A stretch of DNA of 64,000 nucleotides. Source: an uncultured delta proteobacterium (GTDB lineage Bacteria; Myxococcota_A; Polyangia; Polyangiales; Polyangiaceae). Under the pieces are notes generated by a model. The model was given only the letters and a program-made list of their open reading frames with translations. It was not told the DNA's origin and did no database searches. The stretch spans positions 128,001 through 192,000 of the forward strand of contig CAWKKR010000006.1 of NCBI GenBank assembly GCA_963850305.1, given 5' to 3'. Positions 53,916 through 64,000 of the stretch are shown in pieces (positions within the stretch are counted from its first letter, which is position 1; each line of letters begins with the position of its first letter). Position numbers and translations under genes: made by a program.

Positions 53916-56159
53916 TTAGTTCGCATTCGCGCCCTGCTCGATCCAGCTGCGGACGGCGTCGTCGTCGTCCGCATCGATGACGCCGCTCGAGTCGCGAGGC
54001 ATCTGAAGCCCGTCGTAGTTGTTCGGCACCGTCGACGAGAACGGCGACGTCTGAAGGTTGAGCGGGTTTATCTTGCGGTAGATGTAACTGAACTCGGGGC
54101 GACCGGGGTCGATGAGCAGGACCAGACACGCGCCCGAGTCGGCGACGTTGGACGTCCCCTGGCCAACGCAGGCCTGCGCTTCCACGAAGGCCGAGCCGAT
54201 GCCCACGATGGCCGCTGGCTTGTCGAACGTGTCGTGGCAGGCGATGCACCGATCGAACAGGATGGGTTCGACGTTGATCGACCACGACGTCGCCGTACTC
54301 TGCGTGGCGAAGTGGTCCGCGACTTCCAGGTTCCCCGACCGATCCTCGGCGCGGACGTAAACCGAGTATTCCGTGCGGGGGGTGAGCAGCGTGAGCGCCG
54401 CCGTCGTCGTGCCCCAGTTCGTGGTCACAATGACGTGATCGACGAAGTTTGCACCCTGGCAGTCCGCCGGAGTCGCGGACGCACAGATGTGATAGCGAAT
54501 GTCGGACGCAGAGTCCGTGTCGTCGGTCGCTGCCGGCCAGCTCACGTTGAGCTTCGACGCGGGGTTGATGACCTGGGTCACCGTGGGGTTCGCGCTCAGA
54601 ACTGGGGCGGTCGTGTCCAGCCCGCCGTCGGCGCTGGTGACCGCGGCGAGCGTGTGTCCCGAAGCTTCCTTGTCGTTCGCCGTCTGCAGGTTACCCGCGG
54701 CGTCGATCGCCCGGACGACGACGAACCGCGTCGTGTCCGGCGCGAACCCCGGGATCCGTGCGGTCGTGGTGCCAAGCACCGTCACCGTCGGCGTCGCCGT
54801 CGGCGAGAGCGGGAGCTGGCTCGAGGTTGCAAGGTAGAGCGCATAGCTGATCTGCTTCTGCGTGGAAGTGTCGTCCTGAGCCGGCGGCCAGGTGACGACG
54901 AGGGTGCCCGGGGAATCGCTCGTGACGCTCGTGATGCCGGTGAAGAGGGGCGGGGTGTTGTCGATGAGCGGCGTGTTGACCTGAACCTGGACGATGTTCG
55001 AGTCCCGATTGCCGACGGCGTCGCGTGCTCGCACGACGTAGAAGTACGCGGTCCCCGGCTGCTGCCCGGTGAGCGCGATCGACGAAACGCCGGGGTCGCT
55101 CGAAAACGTGGGCGTCGCGAAGTTCTGCGCGTGGGAGTTGAGCGCCTGATACACGTCGTAGACGATGTTCGGCTGCTCGGTGACGTTGTCCGTCGCGGGC
55201 GTCCAGAAGAGGCGCACGGTGGTGCCCTCCGCGTCGCCGCGCTTCACGCCGCCGAACGCCGGCGGGATGCCCTCGGGCGTGGCGGCCTTCAGGATGCGGT
55301 CGTTCTTGTCCTGGTTCCCGCCGCCGTCGATCGCTCGAACCAGCACGCTGTAGGTCGTCAGCGGAAGGAGGCCCGCGACGGTAGCCGAATGGACACCAGG
55401 CGCGGTCGTGAGCACCGGCGATCCGGACGCGGGATCCGGGGTTCCGTTGGCCGTCACGTAAACGGCAAACTTCAGGAGCGAGTCCGGCGTTCCGAGGTCG
55501 TAACCCGCGCCCCAGGTGACGCCGATGGAGAACGGAGACAGCGCCGTCACGCTGCGCACCCCGCCGAAGTCCGGCGACGTCGTGTCGTCCGCGGTGAAGC
55601 CAATCTCCTTCGTGTTCGAATCCCGATTGCCGGCGTCGTCCACGGCGCGCACGACGTAATAGAATCCTCTGCCGGGAATGACGTCTCCGACCACGCCGCT
55701 GGTCGCCCCGGCCGGAGCGACCACCGAACAAGCCGCATCCGCCTGCTCGATGGCGCCGGCATCGGGGAGCGGAGCGCCACATCGACGCGCCCCGGTGAAG
55801 TCCTCCTTGCCGGGTGCCGACGCGCGGTAGATCACGTACACGAGGCTCGCCGCCGGCGTTGCATTGTCCGTCCCCGCGGCCCAGGTCACGGTGACGCGGC
55901 CATTGCCGGCGTCCGTCACGCCGGTGATGCCGCCGAACTGAGGCGGCGTGGTGTCGGCGGGCGTAGCCGTGCCGCCGTCGGTGCCGCCCGTGCCGCCGGC
56001 GGTGCCGCCCGCGGCGCCGCCGCCGGACCCCGAGCCGCCTGCCGCGGCGCGTCCGCCCGCACCGGCGTCCTCGTCGAGCGGGGGACGAGGCTTGCCGCTG
56101 CTGCACGCGAACGCGACGCCTGCGGTCAGCGCCACAACCCCGAGCCAACGACTCTTCAT
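53916..56159 (-). CDS. Lipoprotein with five FN3-like repeats and a C-terminal c-type cytochrome domain
   Basis: AFAC lipobox; five DxxPPxFGG-type repeats; VEPILFDRCIACH...QMP...WIEQGA. Confidence 0.82.
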   Translation of the reverse strand: MKSRWLGVVALTAGVAFACSSGKPRPPLDEDAGAGGRAAAGGSGSGGGAAGGTAGGTGGTDGGTATPADTTPPQFGGITGVTDAGNGRVTVTWAAGTDNATPAASLVYVIYRASAPGKEDFTGARRCGAPLPDAGAIEQADAACSVVAPAGATSGVVGDVIPGRGFYYVVRAVDDAGNRDSNTKEIGFTADDTTSPDFGGVRSVTALSPFSIGVTWGAGYDLGTPDSLLKFAVYVTANGTPDPASGSPVLTTAPGVHSATVAGLLPLTTYSVLVRAIDGGGNQDKNDRILKAATPEGIPPAFGGVKRGDAEGTTVRLFWTPATDNVTEQPNIVYDVYQALNSHAQNFATPTFSSDPGVSSIALTGQQPGTAYFYVVRARDAVGNRDSNIVQVQVNTPLIDNTPPLFTGITSVTSDSPGTLVVTWPPAQDDTSTQKQISYALYLATSSQLPLSPTATPTVTVLGTTTARIPGFAPDTTRFVVVRAIDAAGNLQTANDKEASGHTLAAVTSADGGLDTTAPVLSANPTVTQVINPASKLNVSWPAATDDTDSASDIRYHICASATPADCQGANFVDHVIVTTNWGTTTAALTLLTPRTEYSVYVRAEDRSGNLEVADHFATQSTATSWSINVEPILFDRCIACHDTFDKPAAIVGIGSAFVEAQACVGQGTSNVADSGACLVLLIDPGRPEFSYIYRKINPLNLQTSPFSSTVPNNYDGLQMPRDSSGVIDADDDDAVRSWIEQGANAN

Positions 56160-56178
56160 GAGCGGATCTCCGGCGCCC

Positions 56179-57828
56179 TCATTCCGTACTCAAGCGCGGC
56201 CTGTCGAACGGCGTCGTTTCTTGCTGCACTCGCGGATCGGTCAACGCGTTTCTGAGGAAGTCCGTCAGCGCCGCGAGCTCGTCCGCCGTCAGCGTGAACG
56301 CCTGAATCGTCGGATCGCGCAGGAGCAACGCCGCGGAGTCCTGGCGACCACCTTGCTCGTACAGCGACAGCACCGTGGGTAAATCGTGGCCAGGACCCTC
56401 GCCGCTGTGGAGCAAACCGCCGGCTTCGCGGAGACCGACGTTCCGCAGCGTGGGCGTCTTCATCTTGCCCTCCAGTGTATGATCGTCGGGAACGACGATC
56501 GCCTCGCGCCCGGTGTCCCAGAACGGCTCGTGGAACCCGATGTAATGGAACGTGAGGTCCGTGAAGAGCGGCGGCGAGTGGCAGCGGTTGCACTGCGCCT
56601 TCCCCATGAACACCTCGAACCCCTCGACTTGCCGCGGCGTCATCGCCGAGTCGTCTCCGGCGTTCCACAGGTCCCAGGGGGTTTGATTCGAGATTAGACG
56701 CCGCTCGTGTGTCGTGATGGCGAACACGACGCGGCGCGTGTTGATCACGTTGTCCGCATCGGTCGCGGGGTGCACCTTGGTTCCAGACTGATTCCCGTAA
56801 ACGAACTGAAACAGATCCGGGTACGTCGGTCCGTGCTGCGCCAGGAAAGCGAGCATGTCCTGCGGAATGGCCCGCGCTTTCGCGAGGGGCGTGACCGTCG
56901 CAAGCTTGGCGGCGATGTCGGCCCAGCTCCGGTTCGCGCACGCCATCTCGTGCGAATTCACCGGCGGACCGATCGCCTGCGCCTCGAGCGCGCCGCCCGC
57001 GATGCGACCGGACACTGGATCCTGCTCGTCCACGATGAGCGGCGGCGCGTCCGCGGGAAGGTCGGGGTCGTAAAAGCACCCTCCCACGGCGCTGTCGATT
57101 CGCTGGCCCGCGTCGGCCGAAAGCTTCTTGCAATAGCCGGCTCGACCATCCCAGAAGACTTGATCCGCGAACATGGCGTCGAGGTAACTCGGCGGTTTCC
57201 GCGTCGTGGTCTGGACGGGTTGCGAGGTGTCGATGACGCCGGCCTGACTGCACACGGGCATCCCGACCGCCACCCGGAGATCGTCGGAAAGCGGGCCAGG
57301 GTTCGGATCCAGGATTCCATCGTACCCGGGGAGGTGAGCTGCAGGAAGGATGGCAGCCCGCGGATCGGAGCCACCGGCCTCCGCGCGGTGACAGGTGCCG
57401 CAGGCCATCGTGTCGAGCTGACCCATCTGTTCTTCCCAGAACAGGATCTTCCCGAGCATCGCCTTGTTGTCGTCCTTCGGGTTCTCGACCGTGTAGGGAA
57501 CGACGGGATACGCGGCGAGACCTTGAAGCGGGTTCTTGCCCGCGTCCGGCGCTGCGCCGCCCGCGCTCGGCCCAGCTTCAGGGGCCCCATCCGAGCCGCT
57601 ATCCGGCGCTCCGCCTTCCGAACTGCCACCCGCCTCCAGGGTGCCGCCCGCCCCGCCGGTGACTCCACCCTGGCCGCCCGACGTGTTGCTTCCGCCCGTT
57701 CCAGACCCCGCCGCGCCACCCGAGCCCGCGTCCGTGCCCTCCCTGGGCCCTGACGAATGGCTCGAGCATGCGAATACTGCGGATACGGCGGCTACGAAAA
57801 CCAGCCCATGCGAGCGACGAAAGTCCAT
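56179..57828 (-). CDS. Di-haem cytochrome c peroxidase / MauG family lipoprotein
   Basis: VFAC lipobox; LGKILFW, CGTCH, FWDGRA, QAIGPPVNSHEM, CNRCH, TPTLRN. Confidence 0.88.
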   Translation of the reverse strand: MDFRRSHGLVFVAAVSAVFACSSHSSGPREGTDAGSGGAAGSGTGGSNTSGGQGGVTGGAGGTLEAGGSSEGGAPDSGSDGAPEAGPSAGGAAPDAGKNPLQGLAAYPVVPYTVENPKDDNKAMLGKILFWEEQMGQLDTMACGTCHRAEAGGSDPRAAILPAAHLPGYDGILDPNPGPLSDDLRVAVGMPVCSQAGVIDTSQPVQTTTRKPPSYLDAMFADQVFWDGRAGYCKKLSADAGQRIDSAVGGCFYDPDLPADAPPLIVDEQDPVSGRIAGGALEAQAIGPPVNSHEMACANRSWADIAAKLATVTPLAKARAIPQDMLAFLAQHGPTYPDLFQFVYGNQSGTKVHPATDADNVINTRRVVFAITTHERRLISNQTPWDLWNAGDDSAMTPRQVEGFEVFMGKAQCNRCHSPPLFTDLTFHYIGFHEPFWDTGREAIVVPDDHTLEGKMKTPTLRNVGLREAGGLLHSGEGPGHDLPTVLSLYEQGGRQDSAALLLRDPTIQAFTLTADELAALTDFLRNALTDPRVQQETTPFDRPRLSTE

Positions 57829-57968
57829 TTGTTAAGTGCGTTTCGGTGGGTGAAGCCGCGGATAATACCCCAGCTTCGCGCGCTCACAATTCGCTTTTTC
57901 GCGGCGTCGTCGACTAGGCGTGCCGACAGTGTCCCCCGGGGCAGCTTGCGGTGTCGCCATGCAGCAAA

Positions 57969-58010
57969 GGAGGCGGAGGCGGAGGCGGAGGCGGAGGCGG
58001 AGGCGGAGGC
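57969..58010. repeat. (GGAGGC)7 microsatellite in a divergent intergenic region
   Basis: Seven perfect hexamer copies counted directly. Confidence 0.95.
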
Positions 58011-58108
58011 GGGGGACGTGGACGTGGAAGAAGTGGGCGTGTTAGCCTGGAGCTGACTAACGTTCTCCGACTGGCAGCCTCGACTGGCAGCGGACTCCAA
58101 CGGCAAGC

Positions 58109-59608
58109 ATGTCCCTTTCGACTGGCGACGTCATCGACGGCAAGTATCGGATCATCCGCCTCATCGGCGAGGGCGGGATGGGCGCCGTGTACGAGGGGGA
58201 GAACATCCGGATCCACCGCACGGTGGCCATCAAAGTTCTCCACGCCGGGGTCGCCGAGAATCAAGACGCGGTGCAGCGCTTCGAACGCGAGGCGCAGGCT
58301 GCCGGACGCATCGGTTCGGAGCACATCGTCGAGGTCCTCGACCTCGGGAACCTGCCCACCGGCGATCGGTTCATGGTCATGGAGTTCATGGATGGCGATA
58401 GCCTCTCGGCGCGCATCCAGAGCCGCGGCCGGTTGACGGCCCAGCAGACGTACCCGGTTGCCCGGCAGATCCTGGAGGGCCTCGCCGCCGCACACGGCGC
58501 CGGGATCATTCACCGCGACCTCAAGCCGGACAACGTGTTCCTGCTGAAGTCTCGCGGCGGACAGGCTGATTTCGTCAAGCTGCTCGACTTCGGGATCTCC
58601 AAGTTCAGCGCACTCTCGGGCGAGAGCGGCTTCAGCATGACGCGCACGGGGGCCGTCATGGGAACGCCCTATTACATGTCGCCGGAGCAGGCGAAGGGCG
58701 CGAAGGGCATGGACCATCGCGCCGACCTGTACGCGGTCGGCGTGATTCTTTACGAGTGCATCACGGGGAGCGTTCCGTTCAACGCGGACACGTTCAACGA
58801 GCTTCTGTTCAAGATCGTCCTCGAGACGCCGCAGCCGATCGAGAAGATCGTGCCCGACAGCGATCTGGCGTTCAACAAGATCGTCGAGAAGGCGATGGCC
58901 CGGGAACCGGCCGCTCGCTATCAGACGGCAAAGGAATTCCAGGCGGCAGTGAACGCATGGGCGAGCGGTGCCGGCGTGCCGGCCACCACCACCGCACTCG
59001 GAATGACTCCGCAGAACCCTGCCGGCGTCGCTGCGGGCCCGAGCGTGTCAGCGACACCGTCGGGCGACCCCGCGGCGGCAGGGTCGAAACGACCGGCGAC
59101 GGGAACGCCGGGCACCTGGGCCAACACACCCGCACCGTACATCGAAGGCGGCGCCGAAAAGAAGGGCAACCTCGGCCTCATCGCGGGCATTGCCGCCGGA
59201 GTCTTCGTGCTCGGCGGCATCGGCGTGGCCGTGGCGCGAATGTCGAGCCACGACGCGCCGCCCGTGGCGTCGGCCCAGCCCGCACCGCCGTCGCTGGACC
59301 AGGTCCGCGCGGCAGCGGCAGCCGCAGCGGCATCTGCCGCCGAACAAGCTGCGGCCGCGACGCAAAAAGAGGCGGACGAAAAGATCAAGAAGGCCGAAGC
59401 CGACGCCAAGGAAGCCGAAGCGCGCGCGGCGAAGGCCGAAGCCGACACCAAGGACAAGGATCAGGAAGCGGCAGCGCAGGCACGCGAACGGTTGCGAGTC
59501 CTTCGAGCGGCTCAGCCCGCGGCTCCGCCGAAGCCGGTGGCAGCACCCGCACCAGCGGCGCCGGCGGCACAAGCGCCGGCCGGCCGTCACATCCGGACAG
59601 AGCTCTGA
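58109..59608 (+). CDS. Membrane Ser/Thr protein kinase
   Basis: GEGGMGAV, HRDLKPDN, DFG, YMSPEQ; one TM helix; Ala-rich coiled tail. Confidence 0.95.
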   Translation: MSLSTGDVIDGKYRIIRLIGEGGMGAVYEGENIRIHRTVAIKVLHAGVAENQDAVQRFEREAQAAGRIGSEHIVEVLDLGNLPTGDRFMVMEFMDGDSLSARIQSRGRLTAQQTYPVARQILEGLAAAHGAGIIHRDLKPDNVFLLKSRGGQADFVKLLDFGISKFSALSGESGFSMTRTGAVMGTPYYMSPEQAKGAKGMDHRADLYAVGVILYECITGSVPFNADTFNELLFKIVLETPQPIEKIVPDSDLAFNKIVEKAMAREPAARYQTAKEFQAAVNAWASGAGVPATTTALGMTPQNPAGVAAGPSVSATPSGDPAAAGSKRPATGTPGTWANTPAPYIEGGAEKKGNLGLIAGIAAGVFVLGGIGVAVARMSSHDAPPVASAQPAPPSLDQVRAAAAAAAASAAEQAAAATQKEADEKIKKAEADAKEAEARAAKAEADTKDKDQEAAAQARERLRVLRAAQPAAPPKPVAAPAPAAPAAQAPAGRHIRTEL

Positions 59609-59715
59609 GCGTCGAATCCGGTGCCCTTCGGTTGCCTCGCTCTTCGATACGAGGCGACCGAAACTCGCTCTAGGATAGAGGGCTCACGAGCCTGCGCGCG
59701 CCACGAGAGAGCAGG

Positions 59716-61128
59716 ATGACGAACTACGAACGCCTTTCGGCCCAGGACGCGTCGTTTCTCTACGCGGAGTCTCCCGTGTCGCACATGCACGTGGGCTCGC
59801 TGGCGATCTTCGAGAATGTCGGCGTCTCGGAAGAAGAATTGAACGCGCACATCGAGAGCCGGCTTCATCTGGTCCCGCGGTTCCGGAAGAAGCTCGCGTG
59901 GGTCCCGGCGTACCAGGGGCGTCCGGTCTGGGTCGACGATCCGCATTTCGATATCCGCTTTCACATGCGGTACACCGGGCTCCCGCGTCCCGGCGGCGAA
60001 CGAGAGGCGCTGCAGCTGATGGGGCGCGTGATGAGCAGGCCCCTCGATCGGCAGCGACCCCTCTGGGAGCTATGGTGGTTCGAGCTTCCCGGGAACCGTC
60101 TCGGCCTCATCCAGAAGACGCATCACTGCCTCATCGACGGTATCAGCGGGGTCGACATCGGCACGGTGCTCCTCGACCTGACGCAATATCCGCCCCCGGG
60201 GGATCCCCCGCCCGAGTGGCATCCTGCGCCGGTGCCGAGCCGCGAACGCCTGCTCGTCGATGCGGTCGTCGAGCGCTACACGAAGCCGGCCGAGATCTAC
60301 CGATCGTGGCGCGCGGCGACCCGGCCGCAACGCGAGCTCGCCAGGCGGGCGCTCGAGGTGGGGCAAGGCGTGTTCTCGTTCGGGCGCGCGGCGCTCGAGC
60401 GCGCGCCGGTCACGTCGCTCACGAAGCCCATCGGCCCACATCGGAGATTCGACGTGGTGCGGATGAACCTGGACGACGTGAAGCGACTGAAGCACCGATA
60501 CGGCTGTACCGTGAACGACGTCGTGCTCACGATCGTCACCGGCGGCATTCGCAAACTGCTTCTGTCGCGCGGCGACAAGATCGAGGGACTCGTGCTCAAG
60601 GCAATGGTCCCGGTGAGCGTCCGGGACCCGTCGAAGCGCATGACCTACGGCAACATGGTCTCCATGATGAACGCCGATCTTCCCGTCGGCGAGACGGACC
60701 CGGGCCGTCGCATCGCGTTCGTGAAATCTCGCATGGCGGGGCTGAAGGACTCGAAGCAGGCGGTCGGCGCGGATTTCTGGGTGAAGCTGTCCGAATACGC
60801 GCCGCCGACGATCCTCGCGCTCGCCGGGCGTGCAACCGTTGCGCTCCAGCGTATGGTGAACGTGATCGTGACGAACGTTCCGGGTCCCCAGTTTCCGCTC
60901 TACCTGAAGGGCGGCCAGATGCTCGAGGCGTTCCCGTGCGTCCCGATCGCGGGAACCGCCTCGCTCGGCATCGCGATCCTTTCGTACAACGGTCACCTGA
61001 ACTTTGGCCTGTGCGGCGATTGGGACATCGTGCCAGACTTGGACGTGTTGGCGACCGGCATCCAGGAATCCCTCCGCGAGTTGCGCGAGGTCGCGACGCC
61101 CGGGGAGATTCACGCCGGAGCGTCCTGA
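59716..61128 (+). CDS. Wax ester synthase / diacylglycerol acyltransferase (WS/DGAT)
   Basis: HHCLIDG catalytic motif, PLWE, TNVPGP. Confidence 0.95.
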   Translation: MTNYERLSAQDASFLYAESPVSHMHVGSLAIFENVGVSEEELNAHIESRLHLVPRFRKKLAWVPAYQGRPVWVDDPHFDIRFHMRYTGLPRPGGEREALQLMGRVMSRPLDRQRPLWELWWFELPGNRLGLIQKTHHCLIDGISGVDIGTVLLDLTQYPPPGDPPPEWHPAPVPSRERLLVDAVVERYTKPAEIYRSWRAATRPQRELARRALEVGQGVFSFGRAALERAPVTSLTKPIGPHRRFDVVRMNLDDVKRLKHRYGCTVNDVVLTIVTGGIRKLLLSRGDKIEGLVLKAMVPVSVRDPSKRMTYGNMVSMMNADLPVGETDPGRRIAFVKSRMAGLKDSKQAVGADFWVKLSEYAPPTILALAGRATVALQRMVNVIVTNVPGPQFPLYLKGGQMLEAFPCVPIAGTASLGIAILSYNGHLNFGLCGDWDIVPDLDVLATGIQESLRELREVATPGEIHAGAS

Positions 61129-61149
61129 ACTGAGAAAGGGGATACGGCC

Positions 61150-61821
61150 TTGGAAAAGCTCGTTCATTTCACGCGACCCGACGGCAAGGACTGCGCGGGG
61201 TACCTGGTCAATCCGGCGGAGGGCGAGAGCAGGCCAGCCGTCGTCGTGATTCAGGAGTGGTGGGGCCTGAATGCACAGATCCGGAAGATCGCTGACCGGC
61301 TCGCGGAAGCGGGCTTCCGCGCGCTGGTTCCGGATCTCTATCGCGGCAAGCTCGCGAAGGACGCGGACGAGGCGGGGCACATGATGAACGGCCTCAACTT
61401 CATGGACGCGGCCGAGCAAGACATTCGCGGCGCCGTCCAGTTCCTGAAGAAGAAGTCGCCGCAGGTCGCGACCTGCGGCTTCTGCATGGGGGGCGCACTC
61501 ACGATTCTATCCGCGCTCAGGGTGCCGGAGCTCTCTGCGGGCGTCGTCTTCTACGGCATGCCACCGACCTCCGTCGGTGACCCGAGCCAGATCGCGATCC
61601 CCATGAGCTACCACTATGCGAAAGTCGACGACTGGTGTTCGAAGGAGCGCGTCGACGCGCTCGAGACTGCCGTGAAAGCGTCGAAGTACGAGCACGTCGT
61701 TCACCGCTACGACGCCCAGCACGCGTTCATGAACGAGGCCCGGCCCGAGGTCTATGACGCCGCGTGCGCGAAATTAGCCTGGGGCCGCATGGTCGAGTTC
61801 TTGGGCCGGACGATCGCGTAG
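61150..61821 (+). CDS. Dienelactone hydrolase family protein
   Basis: QEWWGL, GFCMGG, HAFMN; TTG start after AAAGGGG. Confidence 0.92.
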   Translation: MEKLVHFTRPDGKDCAGYLVNPAEGESRPAVVVIQEWWGLNAQIRKIADRLAEAGFRALVPDLYRGKLAKDADEAGHMMNGLNFMDAAEQDIRGAVQFLKKKSPQVATCGFCMGGALTILSALRVPELSAGVVFYGMPPTSVGDPSQIAIPMSYHYAKVDDWCSKERVDALETAVKASKYEHVVHRYDAQHAFMNEARPEVYDAACAKLAWGRMVEFLGRTIA

Positions 61822-62985
61822 TCATCTCATCGCGTCGAGGGCCCGCGCGGCCTCGTCGCGGACGGTTCGATCGGGATCGGTTGCCTTCGCTCGCTCGAGC
61901 GCCGCGCGCGCCGCTTCGCCGCCCAGGTTTCCGAGCGCCCACGCGGCGTGCGCGCGGACCAGCGCGCTGCGTTCGCTCTCGAGACTGCGGACGAGCGGCG
62001 GCACGGCGCGCGCGTCGTGCGAGTTGCCGAGCGCGACGGCCGCGTTCCGCTGCAGCTGGTGCTTGCCGACGCGCCGGAGAGCGCTCCGCCTGACGAGCTT
62101 CCGGTAAGCCGCGGCCCCCAGCGACAGGAGGTCGATGAGCTCCGGCGTCTCGAGCTCGGGTCGCGCACGCAGCTCCGGCGCGGCGGGCCGCTCGCTGGAA
62201 GAGGAGTTGAACGGGCACACGTCCTGGCATTCATCGCAGCCGAACACGCGCCGTCCGATGAGCGGCCGCAGATCGATCGGGATCGGTTCCTTCGTCTCGA
62301 TCGTCAGATACGAGATGCAGCGCCGGGCGTCGAGCACGTATGGGCCGACGAAGGCTCCCGTGGGACACGCATCGAGGCACGCCGTACAGCGGCCGCAGCC
62401 CTCGGCGACGGTCTCGCTCGGCTCGAGCTCGAAGTCGACCAGGAGCTCCCCGAGCACGAAATACGTCCCGAGCCCCGGCGCGATCGTCATCGTGGACTTT
62501 CCGGTGAAGCCGATCCCTGCACGACGCGCGACCTCGCGCTCCAGCAGGGGTGCCGTGTCCACGCAGGCCCGCCACTCGACGTCGCGTCCGACGAGAGCGC
62601 GGCACCGGGCACCGAGCTCACCCAGCTTGTCTTTGACGACGCGGTGATAATCCGCGCCCAGGGCGTATCGCGCAACGACGCCCACGAGCGGCTCCGGCGC
62701 GTCCCGGCCGCGGCGGAGGGCGACCGGTGTTCCCCGGTAGGGCAGCGCCGCGACGATGATGGTCTTCGCGGTCGGCAGCAGCTCGAGTGGGTTGGCGCGA
62801 TCTTCGGGCCCTCGCAGGTAACCCAGCGCGCCGTCCAGTCCCTGATCGAGCCAATGGGCGAGCCGGGTCCGGGCGCCGTCGAGGGTCGTGGCCCCGCTGA
62901 ACCCCACGCGGGCGAACCCGAGCGCCAGCGCCTCCGCGGTGATGCGCCTGGCGAGCCCAGGCGGCGTATTCACGGAATTTTCCAC
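61822..62985 (-). CDS. queG: Epoxyqueuosine reductase with C-terminal HEAT repeat
   Basis: DYH, VDTAPLLER, CGRCTACLDACPT, CISYLTIE, GCDECQDVCP. Confidence 0.95.
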   Translation of the reverse strand: MENSVNTPPGLARRITAEALALGFARVGFSGATTLDGARTRLAHWLDQGLDGALGYLRGPEDRANPLELLPTAKTIIVAALPYRGTPVALRRGRDAPEPLVGVVARYALGADYHRVVKDKLGELGARCRALVGRDVEWRACVDTAPLLEREVARRAGIGFTGKSTMTIAPGLGTYFVLGELLVDFELEPSETVAEGCGRCTACLDACPTGAFVGPYVLDARRCISYLTIETKEPIPIDLRPLIGRRVFGCDECQDVCPFNSSSSERPAAPELRARPELETPELIDLLSLGAAAYRKLVRRSALRRVGKHQLQRNAAVALGNSHDARAVPPLVRSLESERSALVRAHAAWALGNLGGEAARAALERAKATDPDRTVRDEAARALDAMR

Positions 62986-63117
62986 TTTTGATGCCTCACC
63001 GGAAACCGAAGCTTGCGATCCGTCGACTCCTTGGGGAATAACCGCGCCGAGTTACGGGTCTATGCCCGCAAGTACGAGTACTGCGCCTTTCGGCTCGACC
63101 CGCAGGGGAAGATCTCA

Positions 63118-64000
63118 GTGATTGAAATCAGAGAACTCTACAAATACTACGGCGAAGCCCGAGCTCTTGGTCCACTTTCGGCGGAAATCGGGCAGGGTGA
63201 AATCGTCGGTCTCCTCGGCGTGAACGGGGCCGGGAAGACAACGGCCCTTCGAATCCTCGCGTGCGATCTCTTGCCGTCGTCGGGGTCGGTCCGCGTGGAC
63301 GGTATCGATGTCGTCGAGCGACCGGAGGCGGTGCGCGAGCGCATCGGGTATCTGCCGGACGTCCCGCCGCTCTACGGCGACATGCGGGTCGGAGAGTACC
63401 TGGCGTTCGCCGCTCGGCTCAGAGGGGTTCCGTCCAAGGACGTCGTGCGGCGCGTCGGCGCGGTGGAAGAGCTGACGGCGCTCGGCGAGCGGGATCGCGA
63501 TCCGATCTCCACCCTGTCGCACGGCTTTCAGCAGCGTGTCGGCATCGCGCAGGCCATCATTCACGAGCCGAAGCTCGTCGTCCTGGACGAGCCGATTTCC
63601 GGGCTGGATCCGGTGCAGATCGTGGAAATGCGCCAGCTCGTGCGGCAGCTCGGCGGCAAGCACACCGTGCTGGTTTCGAGCCACATCCTCTCCGAGATCA
63701 GCGAGACCTGCGATCGCATTCTCGTCATCAAGGACGGCGAGATCGTCGCGTCGGGGACGGAGGCCGAGCTCTCGACGCGGCTGCTCGAGGGGGTGCGGGT
63801 GCGCGTCACGCTCCGGGCGCGGGAAGAGCAAGAGGGCGCGGTCGAACGGGCGCGAACGCTGCTCGCCTCGGTCACCGGCGCTCGCGGCGTCGAAGCCGCG
63901 ACTACAGCGGAACGCGGTGACTACTTTGCTTCGTTCGTGGTCGACGCTGCGACCGACGTGCGACCCGCGCTCGCGCGCGCCGTCATCGAAGGTGGATTCG
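63118..64000 (+). CDS. ABC transporter ATP-binding protein (ABC-2/GldA-like), 3'-truncated by the window edge
   Basis: Absent from the ORF track (no stop); my translation gives VIEIRELYKYYG...GVNGAGKTT...HGFQQRVGIAQA...LDEPISGLDP. Confidence 0.9.
   Translation, partial: MIEIRELYKYYGEARALGPLSAEIGQGEIVGLLGVNGAGKTTALRILACDLLPSSGSVRVDGIDVVERPEAVRERIGYLPDVPPLYGDMRVGEYLAFAARLRGVPSKDVVRRVGAVEELTALGERDRDPISTLSHGFQQRVGIAQAIIHEPKLVVLDEPISGLDPVQIVEMRQLVRQLGGKHTVLVSSHILSEISETCDRILVIKDGEIVASGTEAELSTRLLEGVRVRVTLRAREEQEGAVERARTLLASVTGARGVEAATTAERGDYFASFVVDAATDVRPALARAVIEGGF

Noticed and set aside
57951..58436. Poly-Gly, poly-EA or poly-SA ORFs
   Set aside because: Artefacts of reading the GGAGGC microsatellite

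Overview
High-GC bacterial chromosomal window. The many Gly-rich lipoproteins, three Hanks-type Ser/Thr kinases and PEGA, vWA and RCC1 proteins suggest a myxobacterium (Polyangiales-like); this taxonomy is an inference. About 48 coding regions and a tandem pair of tRNA-Ser genes (GGA, CGA) are present. Housekeeping genes include guaB, pgi, a short purH, queG, pspA, a CDF transporter and a WS/DGAT. Candidates for undescribed biology: (1) a B12-binding radical SAM enzyme with an in-frame C-terminal lipoprotein-like module, next to a Cys-rich lipoprotein and bracketed by direct repeats; (2) a four-gene all-lipoprotein operon with a di-haem MauG/CcP-family enzyme and two FN3-stalked c-type cytochromes, one with a CX4CH motif; (3) an orphan BREX-type PglX methyltransferase; (4) a Ddl-like ATP-grasp fused to two SET domains; (5) a dispersed and tandem family of palindromic repeats with GTAG ends, GCGAAGC mini-hairpins and compensatory base changes. 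Three single-base frameshifts (ABC transporter, guaB, sulfatase) are probably sequencing errors. No CRISPR array, integrase or transposase was found. Family assignments come from motif recognition, not database searches.
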